Source: Minutocellus sp. GHC0000111 | Lineage: Eukaryota | Reading direction: 5' to 3' | Assembly (NCBI GenBank): GCA_977018835.1 | Contig: OZ361259.1 | Location: 3,410,001 to 3,474,000, forward strand | Length of the DNA stretch: 64,000 nt | Shown here: positions 10,715 to 19,886 of the stretch, in pieces | Layout of the letters: each line of letters begins with the position of its first letter | Position numbering within the stretch: the first letter of the stretch is position 1 | Position numbers and translations under genes: made by a program | The notes under the pieces: model-generated | What the model was told of the DNA's origin: nothing | Seen by the model: only the letters and a program-made list of their open reading frames with translations | Database searches by the model: none

Positions 10715-12529
10715 CTACTTAAGCTGCTCCTGAAGGATAGGGGTGAGGTATTCCGCGACCTTGAGAGTCTCCACCGCGATGCCAATGGTGGCAATGCCCT
10801 CGGCCGGCTCTCCGTCAACAGTGTGCTTGGCAACGCGCTCCTTGACGGTGATGTAATCGGGATCCTGAGTGAAGAAGTAGGGCATGGCCGTGGGGTACTT
10901 GGCCGTGAGCTCCTCCACCAGCTTCTTGTCCTCATCGTCGGGCATGTAATAGCGGAACGCCTCCTCGCCGCTGGCATCCGAAACCGTGGCATACGAGTCG
11001 GTGCCACCGCATCGATCGGCGGCAACTGAAACCTCCTTTCCGGTCTTGGTCTTGATGGTGAATTTGATCTTGTCGAAATCGGTGTACTCCTTTCCGCTCG
11101 GTCCAGGGAGGGCCTGCATGGAGGAGAACTCCTTGTCGGCGGTTACGGATTCGATATTGTCCACGGAAACATCGTAGAAGGAAACCAAGAGGGCAAGCTC
11201 GTGGATGGCCATGTTCTTCAGCATACCCTCGGCATTTCGCTCGAAGCACTCGCCAAGGGACTCGGGGGTGTTCTCGTAGGCGTTGTTGGAGACGAAGGTA
11301 ACGTGCGATCCAGGGACAGTCTCGGCAAATTCACGGGTCTTGCGAACGTACTTGCACACGTTCTTGTTGTAGCCCATGAGAACCTCGACGCCAGCGTCCT
11401 CGGCCTCCTTGGCCATCTGCTCAAGCTCAGTGACCGTGGGAGCACCAGGCTTCTCGAGGTAGATGCACTTGGATCCGTGAGCGATGGACTCGGTCAAAAG
11501 GCGAGGATTGTCGGCCGTACGGCCAGAGATAAGGGCCAGGCGAGGAGCAGTGGGAGGGGGGAGATCGTCGAGGCTGGTGGCGAACTTGACACCGTACTTG
11601 GCCTCCGACTCGGCCTGCCATTCCTTGAATTCCGGTCCACCTGGTCCCTCTCCACCGGGGCCCATGAACCAGGGCTCGACGATGAAATCGAGCGAAGCGT
11701 GGGGGCACCTGCGTGTATTGGTACGTCAATCCAAAGGAAAAGAGCCGAATGATTCATTTGCAGAGGGCAATTGCAATTAAATTGTGAAAAAGAAGGTAAC
11801 CACATCATGTGTTAGAGAATGAGAACTCAAAGACAAGAGGTGGCCGAAGACACCATACTTGCTGCATTTACCAGCGTTAGGAAATTCTCGATCGCCATCG
11901 GAAGCAATCATATATAAGGAATTGTCAAGGGATATCCGCTTCATTCAGTAGAAGGAACAGAACTCCCAACACTTATGCCGCCGATCAACTGCCGATAAGA
12001 AAAGAAAGATACGCTGAATGCGAATCTCGAAGGAGTGGCTGTTGGCTCAGCCGAAACTACTGCAAACACCTTATCTAATCAGCTGTGTAGACTTTTAGGT
12101 TGTTCTTGTGGCGGATGATCACGATCAACGCAGGCATTTGATGTGTTTCGGTCGATAAATCCGCTGTTTCTTCCTCCGATTCCAAACTTCCCGAAGCAAA
12201 AAAGATCCCCGAGGCAGCGGATAAGTAATTGAAATCATATGCATTTTTTTCACAACTTACTTCTTGTCGAGCATTTGGACGGCGTGGTACCAGCCCATAC
12301 CGCGGTTGGGGGCACCGCAGCCGACGAGGATGACCTCGGCTTGGCCAGGATCGGCATACATGGTCGGCGTGCGGGAGAAGGCACCGGAGGTGGTGGAAGC
12401 CGATCGGGAGGCGGCGGCGGCGACGCGGCTCGCGCCGGCCGACGGGACGAAGGCCGACTTGCCGATGGAGTAGGCGGCGGCGGAACGGGTGGCGGCGGCG
12501 GCGGAACGGGTGGCGGCGGCGGCGAACAT
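10715..12529 (-). CDS. Gfo/Idh/MocA-like NAD(P)-dependent oxidoreductase with organellar presequence; exons 12529-12261 and 11708-10715
   Basis: Rossmann motif VILVGCGAPNRGMG and the family motif IYLEKP. A GTAAGT donor at 12260 and a CAG acceptor at 11709-11711 splice in frame (…LDKKCPHASLDFIVEPWF). The N-terminus is Ala/Arg/Ser-rich. Confidence 0.8.
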
Positions 12530-12717
12530 GGCGGTTACGGCGAAAGAATAATACCGGTACGTCGAAGAATGCCGATGACGGTGCTCGCGGTGATACTGAC
12601 TTGAATTTGTTGGTGACATCTTCGTTGAGGAAAAAGATACGACGCGTGGAGGTTGCTTGAAAAATGAGATCGCGAAGAATGCGCACAACTTGCGTGGCAC
12701 CGAGCAAAAAGAACTCT

Positions 12718-12772
12718 GAAAGGTTCGGCGGAACTTTGAAACACCCGGAACTGTGCGAAAGGTTCGGCGGAA
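12718..12772. repeat. Direct repeat GAAAGGTTCGGCGGAA x2 upstream of the oxidoreductase
   Basis: Identical 16-mers at 12718-12733 and 12757-12772. Confidence 0.8.
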
Positions 12773-13197
12773 GCTTCTTTTGCTGCCGGAAGAGCAAAAG
12801 TCAAGCAGAAGCAGCGTAGGCTCAAAAGCAGAAGCGCGGGCAGAGCAGAAGCGAACAGGGAAAGGGGTGCCCCACATGACCGTTAAAGTAGAAAGTGACT
12901 TGCTGAATGTTGAATGTACACTGCCCGCCTCTTTGAATTTCCAAATGGCACGTCGTCCGTCCTCCTCGATGTTGCAGGGGTTGTACCGGTAGCAGCAGAG
13001 CAGTAGAGCGTTCGTGCATTGGTCTTATTGGATGTCTGATTCCAGCAGTAAATTGTGGCTCTGACTACTACGTAGTTTGTGCAGACCGCAGATCAAATAT
13101 TCCAAAAGATATGTGCACGCCGTAGAGATGGGGCGATGTCGGCCGGAGGCTTAGATTGGTTGTGTGAGCATTGGCATGATGAAATCTGGAGTTGGTA

Positions 13198-13233
13198 ATC
13201 TGAACCCTCCATCAAATCTAAACCCTCCATCAA
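13198..13233. repeat. 18-bp tandem duplication ATCT(G/A)AACCCTCCATCAA
   Basis: Seen directly, with one mismatch. Confidence 0.75.
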
Positions 13234-13332
13234 TAAGGGCATTGAAACGAAATAGTCGCATTCAAATTGAAGTCACTTTAGGGCGATGATAATGTGATAG
13301 TTTGGAGTGCAACATTGCCTTGCACCTACATG

Positions 13333-15345
13333 TTACTTCCTAAAACGTTCTTCCAGCAAAGTTGAACATCTATTCTTCCCCAGCTTAATCCTCTCGGCTG
13401 TATCCATTGCATCAATAAATTGATTTGAGCAGAGTGATGCATCGTCACACCAATGGACTGGGTTCAGGGCTGAACCAAAGAATAAATTAACATCTTCAAA
13501 TGAACGGCGGGCGTCCAAATCAACAGCACCAGCGGCATCGCCGTATAATATTACCCTTTCATCTCCCGATGTATTATTTCGCGCTGATGTGGATCGCACT
13601 TTGTGTAGTAACCCAGGAAATAATATCGGTGGGCTAGCGCCAACTCGCCCAACAATATTCCGAATAAAATTACCAGAATTACCGGTAGGTGCAGACACGA
13701 ACTGACGAAGACTTTTGAAGACCTCGTGATCAAGGAGGCACTGATAATTGCGATGAAAGAAAAAGGGCAGCTGTGTCCCGCTTTCTCCACCAGTACCGGT
13801 CTCTGCGCTGTTTAAAATAGGGCAATCTTCGTTGAATGCAGAAGCTTCAAGCTTCGGCATATTCATGGGATTATCCTGTCCGACAAGTGCACCATTAGAA
13901 GCAGCAACCAGTGTATCTGAGTACTGCTTCCAAACATCAAAACCGAGCTCTAATCCACCGGTACTAATGCTGTTGAGATCCACTCCATTCATTGTCGCTG
14001 ATACATACAACACAGCCTCATTCGAAATTTCTGATGATATGTTGAATTTCGATTGGTCTTGGTCCTCGACGAATAGTATTTTGACAGCCACCGTAGAATC
14101 ATCGTTCCACATTAAAAGTCTTTTCCCGTATTGTCTATCCCACTCCAAATCGCTCGCACTACCGCCATACTGGATTATAATTTCGGAGGCTGATGGCACG
14201 GACTGCATCCTCAGCGCCAAGATGAAGATTGTTCGACGATGACTCGAACGGTGTCGAGGATCAACTCCGTATCCAACGGAATGAAGAGATGCATCAATAA
14301 AGACAGTGAAATTGCGAGCGCCACACGATGTCGGTGGCGGCAAATGGGTACATTTTGGCCTTGCACCAGTCTCTGACGCTGTCTCATTGAGATATGATTC
14401 GATGCCACCGATAATACCAAAGTCCTCCAATTGATTCTGCCTTTGCTCCTGCCCAAGCCTTCTTTCCCCACACAATTCCTTATTTTTCCTTGCTATCTGG
14501 AGCATCCTGCTGAACACTTCGGCCTCTGTGGACGTTGTGGTGCCACCGTTCTCTTCATCGATCAAATTTGATTGAGATGTTGCCTCAGCCCCATCTTCCA
14601 GTCGCTTTCGTCGTGTGTCGGGACTATCCTCATCGTTTGTATCTGTTTGCTGAATACTGGAAATGCCATGCGCGGATAATTCTTCTTGTTCCCCAAAGAC
14701 CTTATCGGATACATCCCGCGACTGTTGATCGCCCCGTAACAAAGGCTGCTTTCCCGACAAGTCACCATGAGTATCTCCCCCAGAAGTAGCTCTTATAATT
14801 GTTTTTGTTGTTGCCACAGGAGTTGAGATATCATCTATGGGCACATAATTCCTAAGAACCACCACAACACTTACGGCTATAATCAGAATGACGAAATAAT
14901 AACGACGGCGTTTCCACGTCGCAGTAGCAGATGGCGTTGCGGCCGATGATAGAGCAAAGGATGTCTGGGGCGAGGCCAAGAATGACGACGACCTTCCCTG
15001 ACCTCCGGCCCTGGAACGAGAAGATGGCGTCGTCGCAATGCCGATGTTCCCCAGGGCATGCGATAGCCTTGTCGGGGTCAAATTCTGAAGTGGAGACAAA
15101 ATGTATTCTCGATTCGATTTTCGAGGTGTCCAATTTCGCGTTGTTTTGGTGCTGGCATCTGACATCATGAGCTCGTCATCGCCAGCCACATGTGCCGGCA
15201 GCCCACCACCAGACGATGACGACTCGCTCGGTGCTGCTGCTATCGCTATGTGCTCATTATCGAAGGGGAAGGCGCCTCTGCCTCTTTTATAAGACCTTGA
15301 ACGGGCAGACCGCGGGGTACTCGGCGCCGACGGTCGTGACCGCAT
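13333..15345 (-). CDS. Type II membrane protein with degenerate GT64 (exostosin C-terminal)-like domain
   Basis: 670-aa ORF with a single TM (YYFVILIIAVSVVVVL). EAVLYV, LELGFDVWKQYSDTLV and FFFHRNY resemble GT64 motifs. Confidence 0.5.
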   Translation of the reverse strand: MRSRPSAPSTPRSARSRSYKRGRGAFPFDNEHIAIAAAPSESSSSGGGLPAHVAGDDELMMSDASTKTTRNWTPRKSNREYILSPLQNLTPTRLSHALGNIGIATTPSSRSRAGGQGRSSSFLASPQTSFALSSAATPSATATWKRRRYYFVILIIAVSVVVVLRNYVPIDDISTPVATTKTIIRATSGGDTHGDLSGKQPLLRGDQQSRDVSDKVFGEQEELSAHGISSIQQTDTNDEDSPDTRRKRLEDGAEATSQSNLIDEENGGTTTSTEAEVFSRMLQIARKNKELCGERRLGQEQRQNQLEDFGIIGGIESYLNETASETGARPKCTHLPPPTSCGARNFTVFIDASLHSVGYGVDPRHRSSHRRTIFILALRMQSVPSASEIIIQYGGSASDLEWDRQYGKRLLMWNDDSTVAVKILFVEDQDQSKFNISSEISNEAVLYVSATMNGVDLNSISTGGLELGFDVWKQYSDTLVAASNGALVGQDNPMNMPKLEASAFNEDCPILNSAETGTGGESGTQLPFFFHRNYQCLLDHEVFKSLRQFVSAPTGNSGNFIRNIVGRVGASPPILFPGLLHKVRSTSARNNTSGDERVILYGDAAGAVDLDARRSFEDVNLFFGSALNPVHWCDDASLCSNQFIDAMDTAERIKLGKNRCSTLLEERFRK

Positions 15346-15655
15346 CGCTTAGGACAGTAGGACCAATACGGCTGAACAGTTGATGAAAGTGACTGAGATC
15401 GAGAATGAGCATGCAAGGCGAAGTTGCTTGACGGGCGTACGTACGGGCGTCTCGTAGTCTCGTACGCTACGTACGACATCTGATTACCGTCTGTCCGCCA
15501 ACAAAACTTCTCCAGCCAGCAAAAATGAGCACAAGATGCTCGAAGCGAGGCCGGGAAAGCAACGGAACGAGGAGAAGCAAAACATTCCCGAGTCAAGAGA
15601 AACCTGTCACATTCACGCATAGCATACCAAAAGCACGACGTATTCTTAGAAATCA

Positions 15656-17365
15656 ATGCGAATGTCGGACAGCGAATCGTCGGCGGAAGCCCTGGCAGTG
15701 AGGGTTACCGGGATTGACTGCCTCCGTACGGCGTCAAAAGACTCTGGCGATGACGACGAACCCCATCCATCAGCAGCTGATGCTGGTGACGATGACGATG
15801 ACCACAAAGCCGCCGATGCATCGGATGATCTAGCAGCAGACGCCCAGCACGATACCGGTATGGATTCGTCGCTGGACGAGGAAATTGCCTCGCTCCCCCT
15901 CGAGATACGGAACGGACCGCACATGACCGACGCGGTGCACCAGCTGGAGTTCAACTACGCCTCGGAGGACGAGCGGGCCCGCGCGCAGGCCGACATGTAC
16001 GGCCTCCCCCCGGCGGGCAGCGCGTACGGCGACCAGGTCCTGGCCGAGCGGGCCGCGGCTTCGGTGGAGGCGGCGCTGAACAAGATCCCCCCGGCCGAGC
16101 GGGTGGCCCAGCTCAAGGCCCAGATCGCCCACCCGTTCCTGCTGTCGTGCCCGCGGCACGTCCTGCCCTTCCTCGAGGCCGAGGATCGCGACGTCCCCGC
16201 CGCGGCCAGGCGGATCGTCCGGTACTGGGCGGGACAGGAGCGGCTGCTGGGGGAGGAGGCCTTCTCGAAAGAGTCCTTTGCGCAGTATCCGCTGACCGAC
16301 GAGGATCGGGGCAGGCTCTACAGCCGAGGCTTCCAGTCCACCCCGGACGCCAAGGTCAACGACGCGCTCCGGGCGGCCGTCGTCAAGGCGCTGTCGTCGT
16401 GGCTGCTCGAAAAGATCGAGGCGCTGGAGCGGGAGATCGAGGCCCTCCCCCCCCCCAAGCAAAAGGCGGCGCTGATCGAGGCCAAGGAACGCGATCGCGA
16501 GGTATTGGAGGAGGGCAGGGTCATTGAATTTCTGGAGAGTGAGGAGTACAACGCCCAAAAGGCGGCGGAACGCATGGCCAGCTATTGGGATATGAAGACC
16601 TATCTGTTTGGCAAGGACGATGCCCTCCGCGACGATGCCTACCTGTTGCAGTCCATCCAAGACGATTGTCGGAGGGAGCTGGAGTTGGACATATTTTACG
16701 TGCTGCCAGGATACGACAAGTACGGCCGCGGCATCGTCGTCCTACGAGCCGACAAGACTCCCGAGGACAGAGAGGCGCAGCTTCGTCTGCTCAAGGTGTT
16801 CTGGTTCGTCATGGCCAACCTCATGGCCAAGTCCAGCGCCCGCCGGCACGGAGTCGTCTTCCTTTGCTACATCGGCAACCTCATGAACACGCAGGCCAAC
16901 AACCTGGAGTTCTTGACGCGGTGGGCCCAGCTCAACTTCCACTGCATCCCCCTCCGCACGTGTGCCTTCCACGATTGCATCCCCCTCCGCACGTGTGCCT
17001 TCCACGATTGCATCCCTCCTCGCGGGCGGTGGTTCCGCAATCTGTTCTTGCCCTTTTTGATGTGGATCATCCAGCGCAGTGCTCGGATGAGGTTCATCGT
17101 TCACGACGAAGAGCCCGAGGCGATGCCGGAAATATTGGCGTCGTATGGCATCAAGAAGGAGCAACTTCCCAGTGTGATTGGTGGTACGCTCGACGAGGAC
17201 TATCCAAGACAGTGGACGGAAGACAACCTTCGGGAGTTGGAACCGGTTGATGACGAGAGTGACGATGAAAGTGGTGGTGGTGGTGGCGATGGTGGTGGCG
17301 ATGAGGGAAAAGAGGTTGGAGGAGAATTGGAAGAAGAGGAGAAGAGCAGTGGAATAACACAGTAA
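15656..17365 (+). CDS. CRAL-TRIO (Sec14-like) lipid-binding protein with duplicated N-terminal helical unit
   Basis: FLEAEDRDVPAAARRIVRYW and FLESEEYNAQKAAERMASYW, plus DKYGRGIVVL, GVVFL, RFIVH and YGIKKEQLPSVIGGT. Confidence 0.8.
   Translation: MRMSDSESSAEALAVRVTGIDCLRTASKDSGDDDEPHPSAADAGDDDDDHKAADASDDLAADAQHDTGMDSSLDEEIASLPLEIRNGPHMTDAVHQLEFNYASEDERARAQADMYGLPPAGSAYGDQVLAERAAASVEAALNKIPPAERVAQLKAQIAHPFLLSCPRHVLPFLEAEDRDVPAAARRIVRYWAGQERLLGEEAFSKESFAQYPLTDEDRGRLYSRGFQSTPDAKVNDALRAAVVKALSSWLLEKIEALEREIEALPPPKQKAALIEAKERDREVLEEGRVIEFLESEEYNAQKAAERMASYWDMKTYLFGKDDALRDDAYLLQSIQDDCRRELELDIFYVLPGYDKYGRGIVVLRADKTPEDREAQLRLLKVFWFVMANLMAKSSARRHGVVFLCYIGNLMNTQANNLEFLTRWAQLNFHCIPLRTCAFHDCIPLRTCAFHDCIPPRGRWFRNLFLPFLMWIIQRSARMRFIVHDEEPEAMPEILASYGIKKEQLPSVIGGTLDEDYPRQWTEDNLRELEPVDDESDDESGGGGGDGGGDEGKEVGGELEEEEKSSGITQ
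16943..17016 (+). repeat. In-frame perfect 33-bp tandem duplication inside the CRAL-TRIO domain
   Basis: TGCATCCCCCTCCGCACGTGTGCCTTCCACGAT x2 plus a partial third copy; encodes CIPLRTCAFHD x2. Confidence 0.92.
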
Positions 17366-17835
17366 ATAAATAGAGTACAATTTTGCTCATCTATATGCAC
17401 AGCGCGGTGTGAACATTGCGTTAAATCGAAAGCGCAACATTAACTATACTTCTGTTTTGATCTTGATCTAAAAAAGTGGGCAAAGCTCATCGCCGGTATC
17501 GGCATGGTCAAAAATACGGTATGGCGTAAATCGAGCAATTTAGCGCCAGTAACTCTACACGTAGCCAGGATATATAATCACCCGCCAATACACACACGTA
17601 TGACATCTAGCTAGAAGTACCGGTACATGTAGTTCTATTCAAACTCAATTCACTACTAGAAATTCACAGCTAGCTACGGAGCTACGTAACAACAAAGTCC
17701 CATTGACGTTTGGTTAAGAGTCCACCTTGCCATGCTTTGCTATACCGTGCCACCGTTATGTCATGAATCCAGCGAACGCGATTCCGTCTCTTTTTGTATT
17801 TGAATATATTGCTATTTGCTCGTGCATATGCAAAT

Positions 17836-19095
17836 TTACGAGTTCTCCCGAAGGACGGAAACGACGGACTTGAAGGCGAACCACTCGGGGATGTCCTCGC
17901 CGCTGCGGAGCATCTGGCGGAACTTGGTGCCGGACAGCTTCTTGGTGTTGAGGCCGCGCTCCTCGGCCTCGTCGGCGGTGACGTAGCCCTCCTCCTCGGT
18001 GTAGACGAGGTTGAGACTGGGGACGGGGGTGACGCCGAGGCGCTCGGCGTTCTCCTTGGCAAAGTCCTGGGCGTCGCAGGCCCCGTAGAAGTCCTCCCCG
18101 GTGACGGAGGACTTGGATCCGGCCATGTCGCGGCCGATGATGAAGTGGGTGCAGCCGAAGTTCTTGCGGATCATCATGTGCTGGATGGCCTCGCGGGGGC
18201 CGGCCATGTGCATGGAGTAGGGCAGGTACTCCCACCGGGTGCGGTCGTTGTGGGTCTCCTCCTTGAGGACCTCGTAGGTCTTGTAGCGGACGTCGCCAGG
18301 GATGTCGTCGGCCTGGGTGGGTCCGCAGGTGGGATGGACGAGGACGACGCCGCCCTCCCCGACGAGGGGATCGTCGAGGGCGCGGGTGAAGAGCTCGTAG
18401 TGCGCCCGGTGGACGGGGTTGCGGCACTGGAAGGCGACGACGTCCTTGTCGTCGGGGAGGGTGGCCCGGACCTCCTCGGGGGACTTGCAGGGGAAGTCGC
18501 GGACGGGGACGTTGAGGCCGGTGACCTTGCCGCCCATGTAGTACTGGCCGCGCTCGGTGGCGACCATGAGGGCGCCGGGATGCTCGATGGAGGCGGTGCC
18601 GTAGCACTTGAGGCACTCGAGGGGCTTGTCGGGGACGTACTTGTCGGTGAACTCGACGGTGGCGATGGGGCGGTCGCCGTCCTTGAGGAGGACGGTCTGG
18701 CCGGGCTGGAGGTCCTCGGAGTCGGTGTCGAAGACGACGGGCAGGCCGAAGAGGAGGCCGGAGTCGGGCAGCTCCATGTTCTCCACGACGTTCTTGTACG
18801 TGGCCTCGTCCATGAAGCCGGTCAGGGGACTGAAGCCGCCGTTCATGATGAGCTCGACGTCGCAAAGCTGGCGGGGAGTCAGCTGGACCTCGGCGGTGCA
18901 CTTGGCGATGGCGGCGTCGACGCCGTCGGTCATGAGGTTGACCAGCTTGCCTCCGTGGGGGGTCTGCTTGGCCATCTCCAGAGCGGTGGCGCTAGCAGTA
19001 GCAGCGCTCACGGCACGAGCGGAGGAGGTCGGCTGCATCGGCACGGTAAAGGCCGAGGCGGTAGCGAAGAGGGAAAGGGCGACAGCGAGCTTCAT
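17836..19095 (-). CDS. sat: Plastid-targeted ATP sulfurylase (sulfate adenylyltransferase)
   Basis: MKLAVALSLFATASAF presequence; PHGGKLV, GGFSPLTGFM, AFQCRNPVHRAH, MHMAGPREA, HFIIGRDMAG and LSGTKFRQML motifs. Confidence 0.97.
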   Translation of the reverse strand: MKLAVALSLFATASAFTVPMQPTSSARAVSAATASATALEMAKQTPHGGKLVNLMTDGVDAAIAKCTAEVQLTPRQLCDVELIMNGGFSPLTGFMDEATYKNVVENMELPDSGLLFGLPVVFDTDSEDLQPGQTVLLKDGDRPIATVEFTDKYVPDKPLECLKCYGTASIEHPGALMVATERGQYYMGGKVTGLNVPVRDFPCKSPEEVRATLPDDKDVVAFQCRNPVHRAHYELFTRALDDPLVGEGGVVLVHPTCGPTQADDIPGDVRYKTYEVLKEETHNDRTRWEYLPYSMHMAGPREAIQHMMIRKNFGCTHFIIGRDMAGSKSSVTGEDFYGACDAQDFAKENAERLGVTPVPSLNLVYTEEEGYVTADEAEERGLNTKKLSGTKFRQMLRSGEDIPEWFAFKSVVSVLRENS

Positions 19096-19886
19096 GTTTG
19101 TGGTATTTGGTATATGATGTGTCACAAAAAGATACGTAGATGTATATGCATTGAGTAGGGAAAAAATGCAATTCAATCTCTGCTTTGTTTGGAAAGCCGA
19201 AATGGAATGGAATTGTGAGACCGATGAGGGTTGGGTTGCCAACTTCAAAGAACATGGCCAACAACGCGGCAAAGCAAGGCGCCACTCGAGATTGGAAAGC
19301 GGCCAGATGGACGGCTGTGGTGGCAAGGCGAAAAACGTACGAGTTCGTACGTATGCGACCTGCGACCTGGGTATTTGCATGCAGGAGCGTCCGTCCGTCA
19401 TCAGGTTTTTAGGCGAAGAATGAGCAGATGAGCAGGAGCAGGCTGAAGAAGGGCAAGACGCATCTCGGCAACAGTGCAATTGGCGGGACGAACTCTGGCA
19501 ACACAATCGGGCAATTCCTGCTATTGCAAAAATCGACTTGCGTGCGTCTTGTTCGATCCTTTCTCCGAGAGAGAGCAAGTCAAGTCGTTGTCGCTTGACA
19601 GACTGCGCTGAGCAATTATTAATTGTACGAGCTCGTACTTGCGCCCGAAGCGAAAAGATTTATGCAAAGAGTGGCCTCCTCCAACACACGCAAGAAAGTG
19701 AACAATCCAATCGCACGAAGAATCGCAAACCCATCACTCATACGGCCAGTATTTTGAATTTCATCTCCCTCAGTGATACTGATAATAAAAAGCATCACAT
19801 CTTGTGCCAGAATTCAAGGCGGCATCGAAACAAAGCGCGAAAAAGGCAAAAGATCCGCATCAACGCATCAGAAGCGTTTTACAGAC

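Noticed and set aside
17756..19158. Long overlapping ORFs (454 aa on plus, 381 aa on minus) over ATP sulfurylase
   Set aside because: These are shadow ORFs caused by very high GC at third codon positions and have no protein-like motifs.
19096..19578. N-terminal extension of the 580-aa ORF upstream of sat
   Set aside because: The signal peptide and ASAF motif start at the ATG at 19095; the upstream part is AT-rich promoter sequence that happens to be open.
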